Assembly (NCBI GenBank): GCA_037310415.1
Contig: CP147780.1
Location: 256,001-320,000, forward strand
DNA: 64,000 nucleotides
Reading direction: 5' to 3'
Origin: Candidatus Atabeyarchaeum deiterrae
GTDB lineage: Archaea > Asgardarchaeota > Atabeyarchaeia > Atabeyarchaeales > Atabeyarchaeaceae
The notes under the pieces were generated by a model, which saw nothing but the letters and a program-made list of their open reading frames with translations, did no database searches and was not told the DNA's origin. The position numbers were made by a program, and so were the translations under genes. This document shows, in pieces, positions 10,215-19,500 of this stretch (position 1 is its first letter; each line of letters opens with the position of its first letter).

Positions 10215-10451
10215 CTATAGAAATGGCAGCATGGATCTCAAGGCAAATGAGAACACAAAAAGGAAACATGCAATGAGAAGGTAGGTAACCATGTTTGCGC
10301 GAATCAGCGACAGCATGTTCGGCTTGCTTGAGAGGACATCTTTGACCTCCTTCTCAGGAGGACTCCTAGGAACTGGATATGTGGGTTTCCAATCGTCCTC
10401 TACTGGCTCCTCAAACCCGCCGTCAGCTAATACACCCCACAACGCGCCCAC
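10215..10451 (-). CDS. Small hypothetical membrane protein
   Basis: Acidic/Pro-rich N-terminus and C-terminal hydrophobic helix; GGTGA upstream of GTG. Confidence 0.4.
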   Translation of the reverse strand: MGALWGVLADGGFEEPVEDDWKPTYPVPRSPPEKEVKDVLSSKPNMLSLIRANMVTYLLIACFLFVFSFALRSMLPFL

Positions 10452-10699
10452 TCACCCACCAATTGATCAGTCTCGAATCGACTTCAATAAACACTACGGT
10501 AATCTCATACATGTAGGGTAATCGATTACACAAAGCAAAATACTTCTGGCAATGCAACGTCGAGAAACGAGAGGCAATGAGCGCAGTGAATTCGAGCGGA
10601 TAACTGGCAGAGCACCCAGAACTTGGGCTCGCGCTCACTGATGAGGTGTTTGCTAAGACATTCTGTACAATCAACAGTCTTGCTTTGGAGCACCAGCAT

Positions 10700-10717
10700 G
10701 AAAAAAAGATTTTAATA
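10700..10717 (+). promoter_or_regulatory. BRE/TATA of tRNA-Arg
   Basis: GAAAAAAAGATTTTAATA about 43 nt upstream of the tRNA. Confidence 0.55.
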
Positions 10718-10759
10718 GTGACGTGAGACTACTACTTACCTCGATATCATGTCAAGGGT

Positions 10760-10856
10760 GGGCCCGTGGCCTAGTCAGGATAGGGCGTCAGCCCTCTATG
10801 AACAATAATGCAGGGAAAGCTGATGGTCGTGGGTTCAAATCCCACCGGGCCCGCCA
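10760..10856 (+). tRNA. tRNA-Arg(TCT) with 19-nt intron at 37/38 (10799-10817); encoded CCA
   Basis: Acceptor GGGCCCG/CGGGCCC, D-loop GGA (A20 Arg identity), anticodon stem TCAGC/GCTGA, anticodon TCT at 10795-10797, T-loop TTCAAAT, G73-CCA. Confidence 0.9.
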
Positions 10857-10923
10857 TATTCGCTCGTGTGGAAATCAGAGACTTCTACCTTGCTGAGGCA
10901 AAAGACAACAGGGTTTTCGCTCT

Positions 10924-11724
10924 ATGAAGAGAAAAGTCGGTGAAGAAGCGTATAGGATAGTAGAGGTAGACGAAAGTAATATCGATTATTACGGTCTTTT
11001 CTGTCAGAAGTCGAAGAAGAACTCTGAAGGTTATAGAAGCAAGGTCAGATGGGTGAAGGAACGTTTCAAAGAAGGCTTGCGAACAAGACTACTTCTTGTG
11101 AACGAGGGGCCAAAACGTGGTCTCACGTCGAGAGGCTTTATCGAAAACATTCCAGGCGAGTATACATGGCGAGGCATCGACGCGAAGGGGTACATGGTTA
11201 TCCATTGCATTTGGGTAGTGGGTAGAAATAGGGCCCACGGATATGGCACAATGCTGCTTGAGCAGTGTGAGAAGGATGCAAAAGGAATGAGTGGTGTCGC
11301 TGTTGTGACTTCAGACATGCACTGGCTACCAGGCAGGGATCTATTCCTAAAACATGGTTTCGAAACAGTCGACACGATGCCCCCTTACTTTGAACTTCTT
11401 GCAAGACGATTCTCAGATCATGCCTCGCTTCCCAAATTTAGTCATGTCCCAAAGCAGAGGTTCGAGAAATACCAGTCTGGGATAACTATCTTCAAGTCAG
11501 ATCAATGCCCATACACTGCTGATAGTATGAAGGAGATTACAGAATTCGGGAGAGAGCATGATCTTCCTGTACGAATAGCGAATGTAAGGAACTGCAGAGA
11601 AGCGCAGAACGGCATTCATCCATATGGAACATACTGCATTCTACTGAATGGAAAAGTGGTTACGTATCGTCCCATTGGCAAAAACCGAATGAATGAAATC
11701 ATTACCGAAGAAATGAAAGCATGA
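10924..11724 (+). CDS. GNAT N-acetyltransferase with YoaP-like C-terminal domain
   Basis: IHCIWV-G-NRAHGYG acetyl-CoA motif; DQCPY ... EAQN--HPYGTY. Confidence 0.8.
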   Translation: MKRKVGEEAYRIVEVDESNIDYYGLFCQKSKKNSEGYRSKVRWVKERFKEGLRTRLLLVNEGPKRGLTSRGFIENIPGEYTWRGIDAKGYMVIHCIWVVGRNRAHGYGTMLLEQCEKDAKGMSGVAVVTSDMHWLPGRDLFLKHGFETVDTMPPYFELLARRFSDHASLPKFSHVPKQRFEKYQSGITIFKSDQCPYTADSMKEITEFGREHDLPVRIANVRNCREAQNGIHPYGTYCILLNGKVVTYRPIGKNRMNEIITEEMKA

Positions 11725-11790
11725 TGACATTCAATTTGACTTGTAGCGTTTAATCTGGCAAACCGAGAGCGTACCCAATAACCGAATCCG

Positions 11791-13533
11791 CTAGATCTCG
11801 ACCATGTTTTTTACTTGGTCGAAAGTTCCTCCATGAAGTAGTTCCTTGAGTTCATCGATGCTGGTTATCGGCCGCTTCCTCATCACGTCGAAAACTTCCT
11901 TCTGAGACATTCTCGGCAATGCTTTGAGCAACCTAGACGAGGCAGTATTCAGATTGAGAGGAAAAGGTATGCCCGTCACTGAACGATAACCGTGACCGAC
12001 AATCGACACGTCCAGCCACATGTTCAGTTGTATGGCATCAGGCACGGTAACGAGAAGAGGGTACGTCCCGACTTGGCGTGCATGAGTCATATTGCCCTCT
12101 CGAATCTCAGTCCTTACACGTCGGACGACAGTCCCGATTGGAACAAGTCTTCTCAGCATAGGAAGGTCAACTTCGCGTCTCATCTTTTCCTTGTATGCCA
12201 AAAATACGCTCTTGTTCTTTCTAACTATCCTGTTACCAATGCTACTCATCTTGGTGTTGGCGAATGGTATTACTTGGCGTATGTTGATTCTTCGGACGAG
12301 AAGACCTCTCTTCAGAACGTCTTTCATGAATTCAAGGTTCAATCTATAGGTTTCTGGAGTCTCGCCCATTAGCCCGTGTAAGAAGTTTATTCCTGGAAGT
12401 AGCTCGGGTAGACCATTGCTTCCTCGTGCAGACCCAACCTTGTTGATTAGTTCGACCGCAGAGAGCGTCTGTTCGGGTTGAGCCTTAAGATTGTTCATTC
12501 TTATGACCAAAGGATCAACACTTTCAACTCCGAAGGCTGCCACATCTCCAGGCGTGTGGTATTGAACTATTATTTTGGCGATTTCTTCACACTCTTTCGG
12601 GTGCCTTGCGATGACACCTGGATTAGCATTGTCTATGTGGAGCGTCTCTATGTCTGGGCATTCAGATCTAATACCCCGGAACAACTTTCTCAGCGCTTCT
12701 GGGTTGGGTTTGGGAAATTCATCCTCGCCAATTCCAGTGGCCATATATGTGAAGATGTCAGGCTGACGACCTATGCGGAAATGCTTAACACCTAGCATGT
12801 TGAGAGTTCGAGCTTCAGCGACGACATCATCTATTGGTCTGAAGTCTGGTAAGCCGTATAATGGCTCTATGCAAAAAGAGCATCCTCCCGTGACAGATCT
12901 AGCGCATCCCCGATAAGTCTCAATTTCACAGATTAGAGTCTCAGGGTAATTTGGGTGTTGTTTGACTATTTCTGCTCCTTTGATAGCATACTGGGCGATC
13001 TCAGCAGCTCCACCGCGCCTTGACGCTCTGTCCACTTTACTCTCAGATAGTTTCTCCTTAACTAATTCAGCTACCACAACTTCGACATCTCCACTGACTA
13101 TCACGTCGAACAGAGATGAAATCATCCTGTCAGGTCGTTCGGCAAGTTCCCCTCCTTCAACTCCACAACCAAATGCAGCGGCCGGTCCACCCAATACCAT
13201 GACAGGCTTACTGATGAGACGCATATAGCGAGCAATCTCTCGAAGATCTGCAGGTGTTCCACCTAGGTACTTTCCGGGAACGGCAACACCAGCTATAACT
13301 ACTAGCAGATCAGAGTCATCAAGCTGAGGCAGAACCTTCGAGGCATTTTGTCTCAGCTGGTCGATCGTGAAATACCTGACCTTGCCCTCTGGATTTCGTT
13401 GGAGTATGGCTCCCGTAACATAACGCGGATAGGGCGACAGGTAAGGAGGAACTCCAAGACAAGCTGGCTCATCAACGTAGCAATCAAGGATTGCTGCTTT
13501 CACAGTCACTGCACCTACAACCAAGAGAATCAT
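11791..13533 (-). CDS. Radical SAM protein with C-terminal TRAM/HhH (COG1031-like); start probably GTG ~13506
   Basis: ILDCYVDEPACLGVPPY, ETYRGC-x7-CSFC, LHIDNANP, LNLNTAS HhH region. Confidence 0.85.
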   Translation of the reverse strand: MILLVVGAVTVKAAILDCYVDEPACLGVPPYLSPYPRYVTGAILQRNPEGKVRYFTIDQLRQNASKVLPQLDDSDLLVVIAGVAVPGKYLGGTPADLREIARYMRLISKPVMVLGGPAAAFGCGVEGGELAERPDRMISSLFDVIVSGDVEVVVAELVKEKLSESKVDRASRRGGAAEIAQYAIKGAEIVKQHPNYPETLICEIETYRGCARSVTGGCSFCIEPLYGLPDFRPIDDVVAEARTLNMLGVKHFRIGRQPDIFTYMATGIGEDEFPKPNPEALRKLFRGIRSECPDIETLHIDNANPGVIARHPKECEEIAKIIVQYHTPGDVAAFGVESVDPLVIRMNNLKAQPEQTLSAVELINKVGSARGSNGLPELLPGINFLHGLMGETPETYRLNLEFMKDVLKRGLLVRRINIRQVIPFANTKMSSIGNRIVRKNKSVFLAYKEKMRREVDLPMLRRLVPIGTVVRRVRTEIREGNMTHARQVGTYPLLVTVPDAIQLNMWLDVSIVGHGYRSVTGIPFPLNLNTASSRLLKALPRMSQKEVFDVMRKRPITSIDELKELLHGGTFDQVKNMVEI

Positions 13534-13573
13534 AGAAGATATTGTTCGGAATAAAGGAAGAAGCGAATATGCC

Positions 13574-13903
13574 TTAATTCTCTTCGATCTTGAATAGTGG
13601 GGAGGTGATTCTTTCGCTTTTGCACTTTGGGCACCTACCTGGGACTTTGGGTTTCTCCAGTTTCTTGAATGTGAAGTTGCATACTCTGCAAGTCGGAGGG
13701 ATCATGATAACATGTTCCTTACCTCTGGACTCTCCATAGACAGTCTTCGCCACGTGATGCAAGTCCTCGTAGACTGATTTCAAGTCTGTCCGCTCACCGA
13801 GTAGTGCTGCTATGTCTTCTGCACTAACAGGGTTCCTGCACTCTCTCAGCAACTGTTTGATTCGTTCTCTTCTACTTGGAAGCACCATGGAAGCCCCAAC
13901 CAT
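13574..13903 (-). CDS. HTH + Zn-ribbon transcriptional regulator (COG3357-like)
   Basis: RRERI--LL, YEDL-HVAKT, CRVC ... CPKCKSERI. Confidence 0.85.
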   Translation of the reverse strand: MVGASMVLPSRRERIKQLLRECRNPVSAEDIAALLGERTDLKSVYEDLHHVAKTVYGESRGKEHVIMIPPTCRVCNFTFKKLEKPKVPGRCPKCKSERITSPLFKIEEN

Positions 13904-13935
13904 TAAATACCCCGCGGAAGAATAGCAATATGCGT

Positions 13936-14940
13936 CTATTTGAAGTGCTCGTAACCCTTAGGCTCTATTTCTCTGTTCTCTTCCTTTGTCTCAAGAATTA
14001 TCTTACGTTCTTTTGTTACTTGCCCTATTCTGAAGAGGGTTCCTCCCGCCTTGCTGATTGCTTTCTCAGCCTCACTCCATAAGTCACGTTTAACCGTAAC
14101 TACCAACTCATATTCCTCTCCCCCATAGAGCGCCAAGTCTATGGGATTAAGATTGTTCATTCCCGCAAACTTGACCACTTCCGCTGGTATTGGAATATCT
14201 TCAACCTCGAATCCCACTTTGCTTGCTCTTGCCAGCTCATATATTGACCAAGCCAAACCATCTGAGCTGTCTATAGAAGATGAGAGAACCCTTGAAGAAG
14301 CCAGTGCGACACCTTCACTGACCTTGGCTCTAGGCTCGTAGACCGCTTTGATCAAGCGCTCTCTTATTGGCGGCTCAGATTTCATTCCCTGAAGCAGAAG
14401 CTTCAAGCCAGCGCCAGTTAACCCGAACGGACCAGTAACAGCCAACACATCCTCAACCGCAGCGCCACTTCTCTTGACTAGCCTTGACTCGTCGGTCAAC
14501 CCGAATGCCATCCCCGAAACGATCAGGTCCGAAGCCTCGCCCGTATCGCCGCCCATCATACAGGCATTATATTGCCTGCACTCGCTAACAATCCCCTTCA
14601 TTAAGTTGAGAGCCTCTTCCACATCGAAGTCGCGAGGCAATCCCAAAGATGCCAAAAAGCCTGTCGGTTTTACTCCCTTGGCTGCGAGGTCACTGAAGTT
14701 CATCGTGACGACCTTTCTTCCTATCTGTGTGTTTGACATGCCTGGAGGAACATCCGTTGTACCAACCAACATGTCGGCTTTAAGAACAAGCGCTAACCCA
14801 TTACCCAGACTGAAACCAGCAGCATCGTCACCAATGGGCAGGGCTTCCCTCGGACAGGGACTCAGAAGTTTAAGAATCCTCTCGACTACTTCCCGCTCTC
14901 CCACGTCACTCAAAGACAGACGGCGCAAATCGATATTCAA
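13936..14940 (-). CDS. thiL: Thiamine-phosphate kinase
   Basis: IGDDAA, N-SDLAAKG, GGDT, IDSSDGL, GGEEYEL. Confidence 0.95.
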   Translation of the reverse strand: MNIDLRRLSLSDVGEREVVERILKLLSPCPREALPIGDDAAGFSLGNGLALVLKADMLVGTTDVPPGMSNTQIGRKVVTMNFSDLAAKGVKPTGFLASLGLPRDFDVEEALNLMKGIVSECRQYNACMMGGDTGEASDLIVSGMAFGLTDESRLVKRSGAAVEDVLAVTGPFGLTGAGLKLLLQGMKSEPPIRERLIKAVYEPRAKVSEGVALASSRVLSSSIDSSDGLAWSIYELARASKVGFEVEDIPIPAEVVKFAGMNNLNPIDLALYGGEEYELVVTVKRDLWSEAEKAISKAGGTLFRIGQVTKERKIILETKEENREIEPKGYEHFK

Positions 14941-15153
14941 TTCCCTCTACACCACATTAAGACATTGATCTGCTCATACTATATATTAGTAGATAAGAGA
15001 ATTGACGCAGAGCACCATGACTATTCACACTCACGCGCAAGCTAGAAATAGCCAAGACTGACCAAAAAAGGAGGACTATGACCGGTGCAAAAGATTAGAA
15101 GCTTGTTGATTCAGACTTACTTGAGCCGGAGAACAAATGTGGGGGGAGAAGGG

Positions 15154-15168
15154 TAAAAGAGATATATA
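15154..15168 (+). promoter_or_regulatory. Putative BRE/TATA of tRNA-Leu
   Basis: TAAAAGAGATATATA about 50 nt upstream of the tRNA. Confidence 0.45.
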
Positions 15169-15216
15169 CGTGAACGATCATCAGGAAAAACCAAGAAAAA
15201 CAGGATCTGAAGACGT

Positions 15217-15392
15217 GCGGAGGTAGCCAAACAGCGAAGAGCGCTGGGCAACGCCTGGTCAAAGGCGCAGGAATGAGGGTCCTGTTCCGTAGGGATTATG
15301 GTCCGCTCAACTAGCGGATAATCCCGAATCGAGGGTTCAAAACCCGAGGCAAAAACTCTACCTCGATGGTGAAACTCCCTTCCTCCGCACCA
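15217..15392 (+). tRNA. tRNA-Leu(GAG) with three introns (15231-15252, 15297-15328, 15342-15375); encoded CCA
   Basis: Removing the three inserts gives an 88-nt archaeal-type tRNA-Leu: GCGGAGG TA GCCAA|GCCTGGTCAAAGGC G CAGGA AT GAG GG TCCTG TTCCGTAGGGAT|TC GAGGG TTCAAA|T CCCTT CCTCCGC A CCA; each insert forms a BHB-like motif. Confidence 0.9.
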
Positions 15393-15640
15393 AGACTTCT
15401 CGAGAACAGGTCTGCTATACTCTTCTATGATTGCCTGAGAACACTTGTTCACGGTCTTCTCGGTCAATCGCGATAATTAGCTATTCTATTCTTTCAGATA
15501 AAGCAAGATTAATGACACTGAATAACTGTTATCTGCTGAAGATGATCATTCCATTAGAAAACTACGTTCTCGCAAATACTCCATGCGAGTTGGATACACG
15601 CAGGGAACTAGTCCAACAGATCTGAGGTGCGGGTCTCCCA

Positions 15641-17338
15641 ATGGCTTTCGAACTCAAATGTAAGGATGTCGCCGGAAGAATAGGAAAGCTCACCACAAAG
15701 ACTGGTGTGATTGAGACACCTGTCTTGCTCCCTGTTGTCAACCCTTTTGCTTCTCAAGGGATCCCCCCATCGGTTCTAGAGGGTGAATTCAAATGTGAAG
15801 CGATAATTACTAACGCATATTTGCTGTGGAAGCAGGCCCGACAAGAATCTATTCAGTTAGGCCTTCACCGACTGCTCAATTTCTCGAGAAGCATCATGAC
15901 CGATTCAGGAGCATACCAATTGCTAACGTATGGTACCGTGGAAGTCACACCGGACGAGATAATAGCTTTTGAAGAGGATATCAAGAGCGATATAGCGGTC
16001 ATCCTCGATGTGCCAACAGGGGGTCATGAGAAACGTGGGAGAGCTACTTATACAGTCGAAGAAACACTGAAACGTGCCCACGCCTGGGAAACAACAAAAA
16101 GAGAAAGTGATGTGCTTTGGGTTGGACCAGTTCAAGGGGGAACTTACTCGGATCTGGTTGAGCGTTCGGCCAAGGAAATGGGAAAAATCGGTTTTGACAT
16201 CTTTGCAATTGGTAGTCCGACGCAAATTATGGAGAATTACAGATTCGATAGACTTGTTGACTTGATAGCAACTGCTAAACTAAACCTTCCCATAGAGAAA
16301 CCCACCCACTTATTCGGCGCCGGTCATCCAGCAATGTTTTCTCTTGCGGTAGCAATGGGATGCGACATTTTTGACTCAGCTTCGTATGTCCTTTACGCCA
16401 AGAATGATCGATATATGACCAACTTTGGAACGCGAAGGCTCAACGAATTGAGGGAAAAAGTCTGCTTTTGTCCTGCATGTGAGAAATTCACACTGCATGA
16501 AATGGTAAGTCTGTCTAAGGAAGAACGGTTTAATGTTGTCTCGAAGCATAATCTTTACGTCTGCTTGAACGAGATCCGAGTAATTAAACAGTCGATTTAT
16601 GAGGGGAGACTCTGGGAACTTGTAGAGACCAGAGCCAGAACCCACCCTCAACTTCTGGAGGCACTGAAGAGGCTAAAGAAATACCGTGAATACCTCGAAA
16701 AGTATAGCCCCGTTGTCAAGACACGCGCGGTCTTCTACAGTGGCCCAGAGTCACTTACAAGACCTGAAGTAACAAGACACCTCACGAAACTCAGGTCGAT
16801 GCCAGTTCCGTCCCCTGCAGATCTTCTCATAATTCTTCCTGAGCCAGGCAAGAGACCATTTAGCAAGTCAAAAGACCAGAGGAAGTATAGAAAGATCATA
16901 CGAAGCGTCATCAATGATAGAAACGAGTTGAGAAGAGTTCACATATGCACTGTTTCAAAGTTATTCGGACTGATCCCAATGGAACTCGACGAGACCTACC
17001 CACTGGCTCAACATGAGGTTCCAAAAACGCCAGACCTAGAATCGAGGAAACTGATACTCCACACGATCAAATCCTACATCAGAAACCATAGTTACAGGGC
17101 ATTAGTGATCCATTCAGATCACAAGATGACTGGAAAAAACGCCTTAGCGAAGATACTAGACCAATGCAAGAGACTTGGATTGTACGCCGCTGCAACGCCA
17201 AAAGAATCTATGAAACCAATAAGCAGGCAGGCGCTGCGGGAATTCGCGGAAGCGGTATCAGAGGCTCATAAAGCGATAGCGGGCTCATCCCAGCAAAGCT
17301 CTATTCGGATCAAAACAGAGGAGTGGGAGACGAAGTGA
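15641..17338 (+). CDS. tgtA: Archaeosine tRNA-guanine(15) transglycosylase
   Basis: IETP-LLPV, MTDSGAYQ, GPVQGG, HLFGAGHP, D-FDSASY, C-CP-C Zn site, HNL. Confidence 0.95.
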   Translation: MAFELKCKDVAGRIGKLTTKTGVIETPVLLPVVNPFASQGIPPSVLEGEFKCEAIITNAYLLWKQARQESIQLGLHRLLNFSRSIMTDSGAYQLLTYGTVEVTPDEIIAFEEDIKSDIAVILDVPTGGHEKRGRATYTVEETLKRAHAWETTKRESDVLWVGPVQGGTYSDLVERSAKEMGKIGFDIFAIGSPTQIMENYRFDRLVDLIATAKLNLPIEKPTHLFGAGHPAMFSLAVAMGCDIFDSASYVLYAKNDRYMTNFGTRRLNELREKVCFCPACEKFTLHEMVSLSKEERFNVVSKHNLYVCLNEIRVIKQSIYEGRLWELVETRARTHPQLLEALKRLKKYREYLEKYSPVVKTRAVFYSGPESLTRPEVTRHLTKLRSMPVPSPADLLIILPEPGKRPFSKSKDQRKYRKIIRSVINDRNELRRVHICTVSKLFGLIPMELDETYPLAQHEVPKTPDLESRKLILHTIKSYIRNHSYRALVIHSDHKMTGKNALAKILDQCKRLGLYAAATPKESMKPISRQALREFAEAVSEAHKAIAGSSQQSSIRIKTEEWETK

Positions 17339-18003
17339 AACACTTGAAACTAGACTTGCACGTTCACACTTGGTACTCCAAGGATGGCATCCACTCGCCT
17401 GAACTAGTTTTGAGATCGGCTGCTTCGAAGGGATTACATGTTGTTGCGATAACAGACCACAATACTGTCCGTGGGTCAAAAGAAGCAAGAAAGTGTAAAA
17501 CTGGCGTATTGGTAATACCTGGGATCGAGGTAGATACAAAAGAGGGTCATATCATAGGACTCGGGATTGAAGATGTCATAAAGCCATGGCTCTCCGCGGC
17601 AGAAACTGTTGATTTAATCAGAGACGCTGGGGGAACTGTTGTAATCCCCCACCCATTTGACTATATTAGACGAGGAATTGGGTCAATGGCGAAGATCCTG
17701 AAGGCAGACGCCATTGAAGTGATGAACTCCAAGACAAACACACCTCTCTCAAATACCTTCGCCAAAAGGCTGGCAAAAAAAATCAATAGCCCAATTACCG
17801 CGGGAAGCGATGCCCACCTAGCTGAGGATGTCGGAAATGCTTACATGATCATTCAGCCAAGAGAGAACCCCAACGTTAACATGATACTCAAGATGCTGAG
17901 AACGCAAAAAAGCAACACTGTGGAAATTGTAGGGAGAATAACGCCACTGAGTAGCAGGGTCAAAAAGATAGCATTACAAGCAGTAAAGAAAAGCGTTCAC
18001 TAG
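17323..18003 (+). CDS. PHP-family metal-dependent phosphoesterase
   Basis: DLHVHT-YS-DG, AITDHN, PHPFD, AGSDAH. Confidence 0.9.
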   Translation: MGDEVKHLKLDLHVHTWYSKDGIHSPELVLRSAASKGLHVVAITDHNTVRGSKEARKCKTGVLVIPGIEVDTKEGHIIGLGIEDVIKPWLSAAETVDLIRDAGGTVVIPHPFDYIRRGIGSMAKILKADAIEVMNSKTNTPLSNTFAKRLAKKINSPITAGSDAHLAEDVGNAYMIIQPRENPNVNMILKMLRTQKSNTVEIVGRITPLSSRVKKIALQAVKKSVH

Positions 18004-18015
18004 CTAAGAAAGCCC

Positions 18016-19248
18016 TCACATTTTTCTAAGTCCCAGATCTATCTCACCGTTTCTCTTCTTCTGTTGCTGTTGAAGCGTGCCGCTTCTTGCTACACTAAGA
18101 TCGCCAACTCGCACATCACGTCTCTTGAGATCTTCTATCCTGCCAGTAGTTTCGATCATGCTCTCCTCCACATCGACTCCAAGCTCCCTCATCTCGGCAA
18201 GCTCATGGAATCCTGCCTGGAATCCGGTGAGATCGGCGTCCGGACCAAGAACTGAATCTCCTTTAATCCCAGTCAACACCAATATCGTTCGAATTATCCC
18301 ATTGAGAGTTGGAGTGACTCTTGCACCCCAGATGACTTTAGAGCTTGGAGCCATCCTGCTAGTAACAAGTTCAGCAACATGGGTAGCCTCGGAAAGAGTC
18401 ATATCGGGGCCACCTGACACATGAACCAACGCACCAGTAGCACCATTGATGTCGATCGATAACAGATGATTGTTCAGCGCCTCGTTGACTGACCTCTCAG
18501 CTCTATTCTCCCCTTCAGCCTCACCTATGCCTATTATTGCCACTCCACCTATGCCCATGATCGACTTGATGTCAGCGAAGTCGAGGTTAATCAATGATGG
18601 GAGCTTAATTGTCTCGGTTATCCCCTTGACCATAGTCGCCAGGACTTCATCAGCCACAGCGAAAGCCTCTTCAATTGGGTAGTCTGGCGCGACCTCCAAC
18701 AACTTGTTGTTGTCCACGACGACAACAGTGTCAACGTGTTCCCGCAGCTTGCTGAGCCCTTCACGAGCCCTCGCGTTCCTGAGCTCACCCTCAACCCCAA
18801 AAGGTAAAGTGACAACGCCAATTACTATTGCGCCGATCTGCTTCGCGACTTCAGCGACAATAGGAGCCCCACCTGTACCTGTCCCGCCGCCCAGTCCACA
18901 GGTAACGAAGACCATGTCAGCGCCCTCCAGCGCTTGAGACAAGATCATTCGACTTTCCTCAGCCGCGACGGCACCCAACTCAGGATCTCCCCCTGCGCCG
19001 AGACCCCGAGTGGTCTTCTCCCCGATCAGTATCTTTCTATGAGCCGGAACCGAATCCAGGTGTTGTTTGTCCGTATTAACGGCTATGCACTCGGCCCCTT
19101 GAATGCCGAGATGCATCATTCTCTTGACAGTGTTGTTCCCGCCACCACCGATACCAAGGATTATGATAACAGCTTTGCCAGGTTCCCGAATGTTGGCTGA
19201 TCTCTCTTCTTTCGCATGTTTGATGGCGTTCTGGATAATCGACTTCAT
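18016..19248 (-). CDS. ftsZ: Cell division protein FtsZ (FtsZ2-like by context)
   Basis: GIGGGGNN, NTDKQHL, GLGAGGDP, GLGGGTGTG signature, INLDFAD T7 loop. Confidence 0.95.
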   Translation of the reverse strand: MKSIIQNAIKHAKEERSANIREPGKAVIIILGIGGGGNNTVKRMMHLGIQGAECIAVNTDKQHLDSVPAHRKILIGEKTTRGLGAGGDPELGAVAAEESRMILSQALEGADMVFVTCGLGGGTGTGGAPIVAEVAKQIGAIVIGVVTLPFGVEGELRNARAREGLSKLREHVDTVVVVDNNKLLEVAPDYPIEEAFAVADEVLATMVKGITETIKLPSLINLDFADIKSIMGIGGVAIIGIGEAEGENRAERSVNEALNNHLLSIDINGATGALVHVSGGPDMTLSEATHVAELVTSRMAPSSKVIWGARVTPTLNGIIRTILVLTGIKGDSVLGPDADLTGFQAGFHELAEMRELGVDVEESMIETTGRIEDLKRRDVRVGDLSVARSGTLQQQQKKRNGEIDLGLRKM

Positions 19249-19299
19249 TGGCCCCCATTCCTTAACGTGATTGAACCCATCTTCTCACGTGAGACCTAG

Positions 19300-19500
19300 T
19301 CACCTTAAACTACTACCAGCAGAGATAGATGGACGCTCCCACAACTCATTCTTCAGCAAATCCCTTACTGCGATCCTAATTGCCTCTGAACGGTTAGGGT
19401 ATATTCTAGACCTAACAAGTTCCTCAATGCCTTCCAAGAAGGCTTCAGGAAGGTGTATTGTAACGAGTTTTAGACCTCTATGTTCCATGATTACACTCAC
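19300..19500 (-). CDS. Ribbon-helix-helix (CopG/CdrS-like) regulator
   Basis: LVTIHLP---LEGIEELV---YPNRSEAIR-AVRDLL; immediately upstream of ftsZ. Confidence 0.88.
   Translation of the reverse strand: MSVIMEHRGLKLVTIHLPEAFLEGIEELVRSRIYPNRSEAIRIAVRDLLKNELWERPSISAGSSLR

Noticed and set aside
10794-10798. Reading CT-CTA as an amber (pyrrolysine/suppressor) anticodon
   Set aside because: It would need a 9-nt loop or a pyrimidine at 37; the body has Arg identity elements (A20, G73) and no pyl genes are in the window
11721-11766. C/D-box-like ATGATGA ... CCGA
   Set aside because: The C box is just the tandem stop codons of the GNAT gene; the D/D' boxes are non-canonical and no target was identified
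15117-15467. 116-aa minus-strand ORF, and the idea that this structured region is RNase P or SRP RNA
   Set aside because: The region is fully explained by the triple-intron tRNA-Leu on the plus strand; no RNase P GAGGAAAGUCC or SRP helix-8 motif is present
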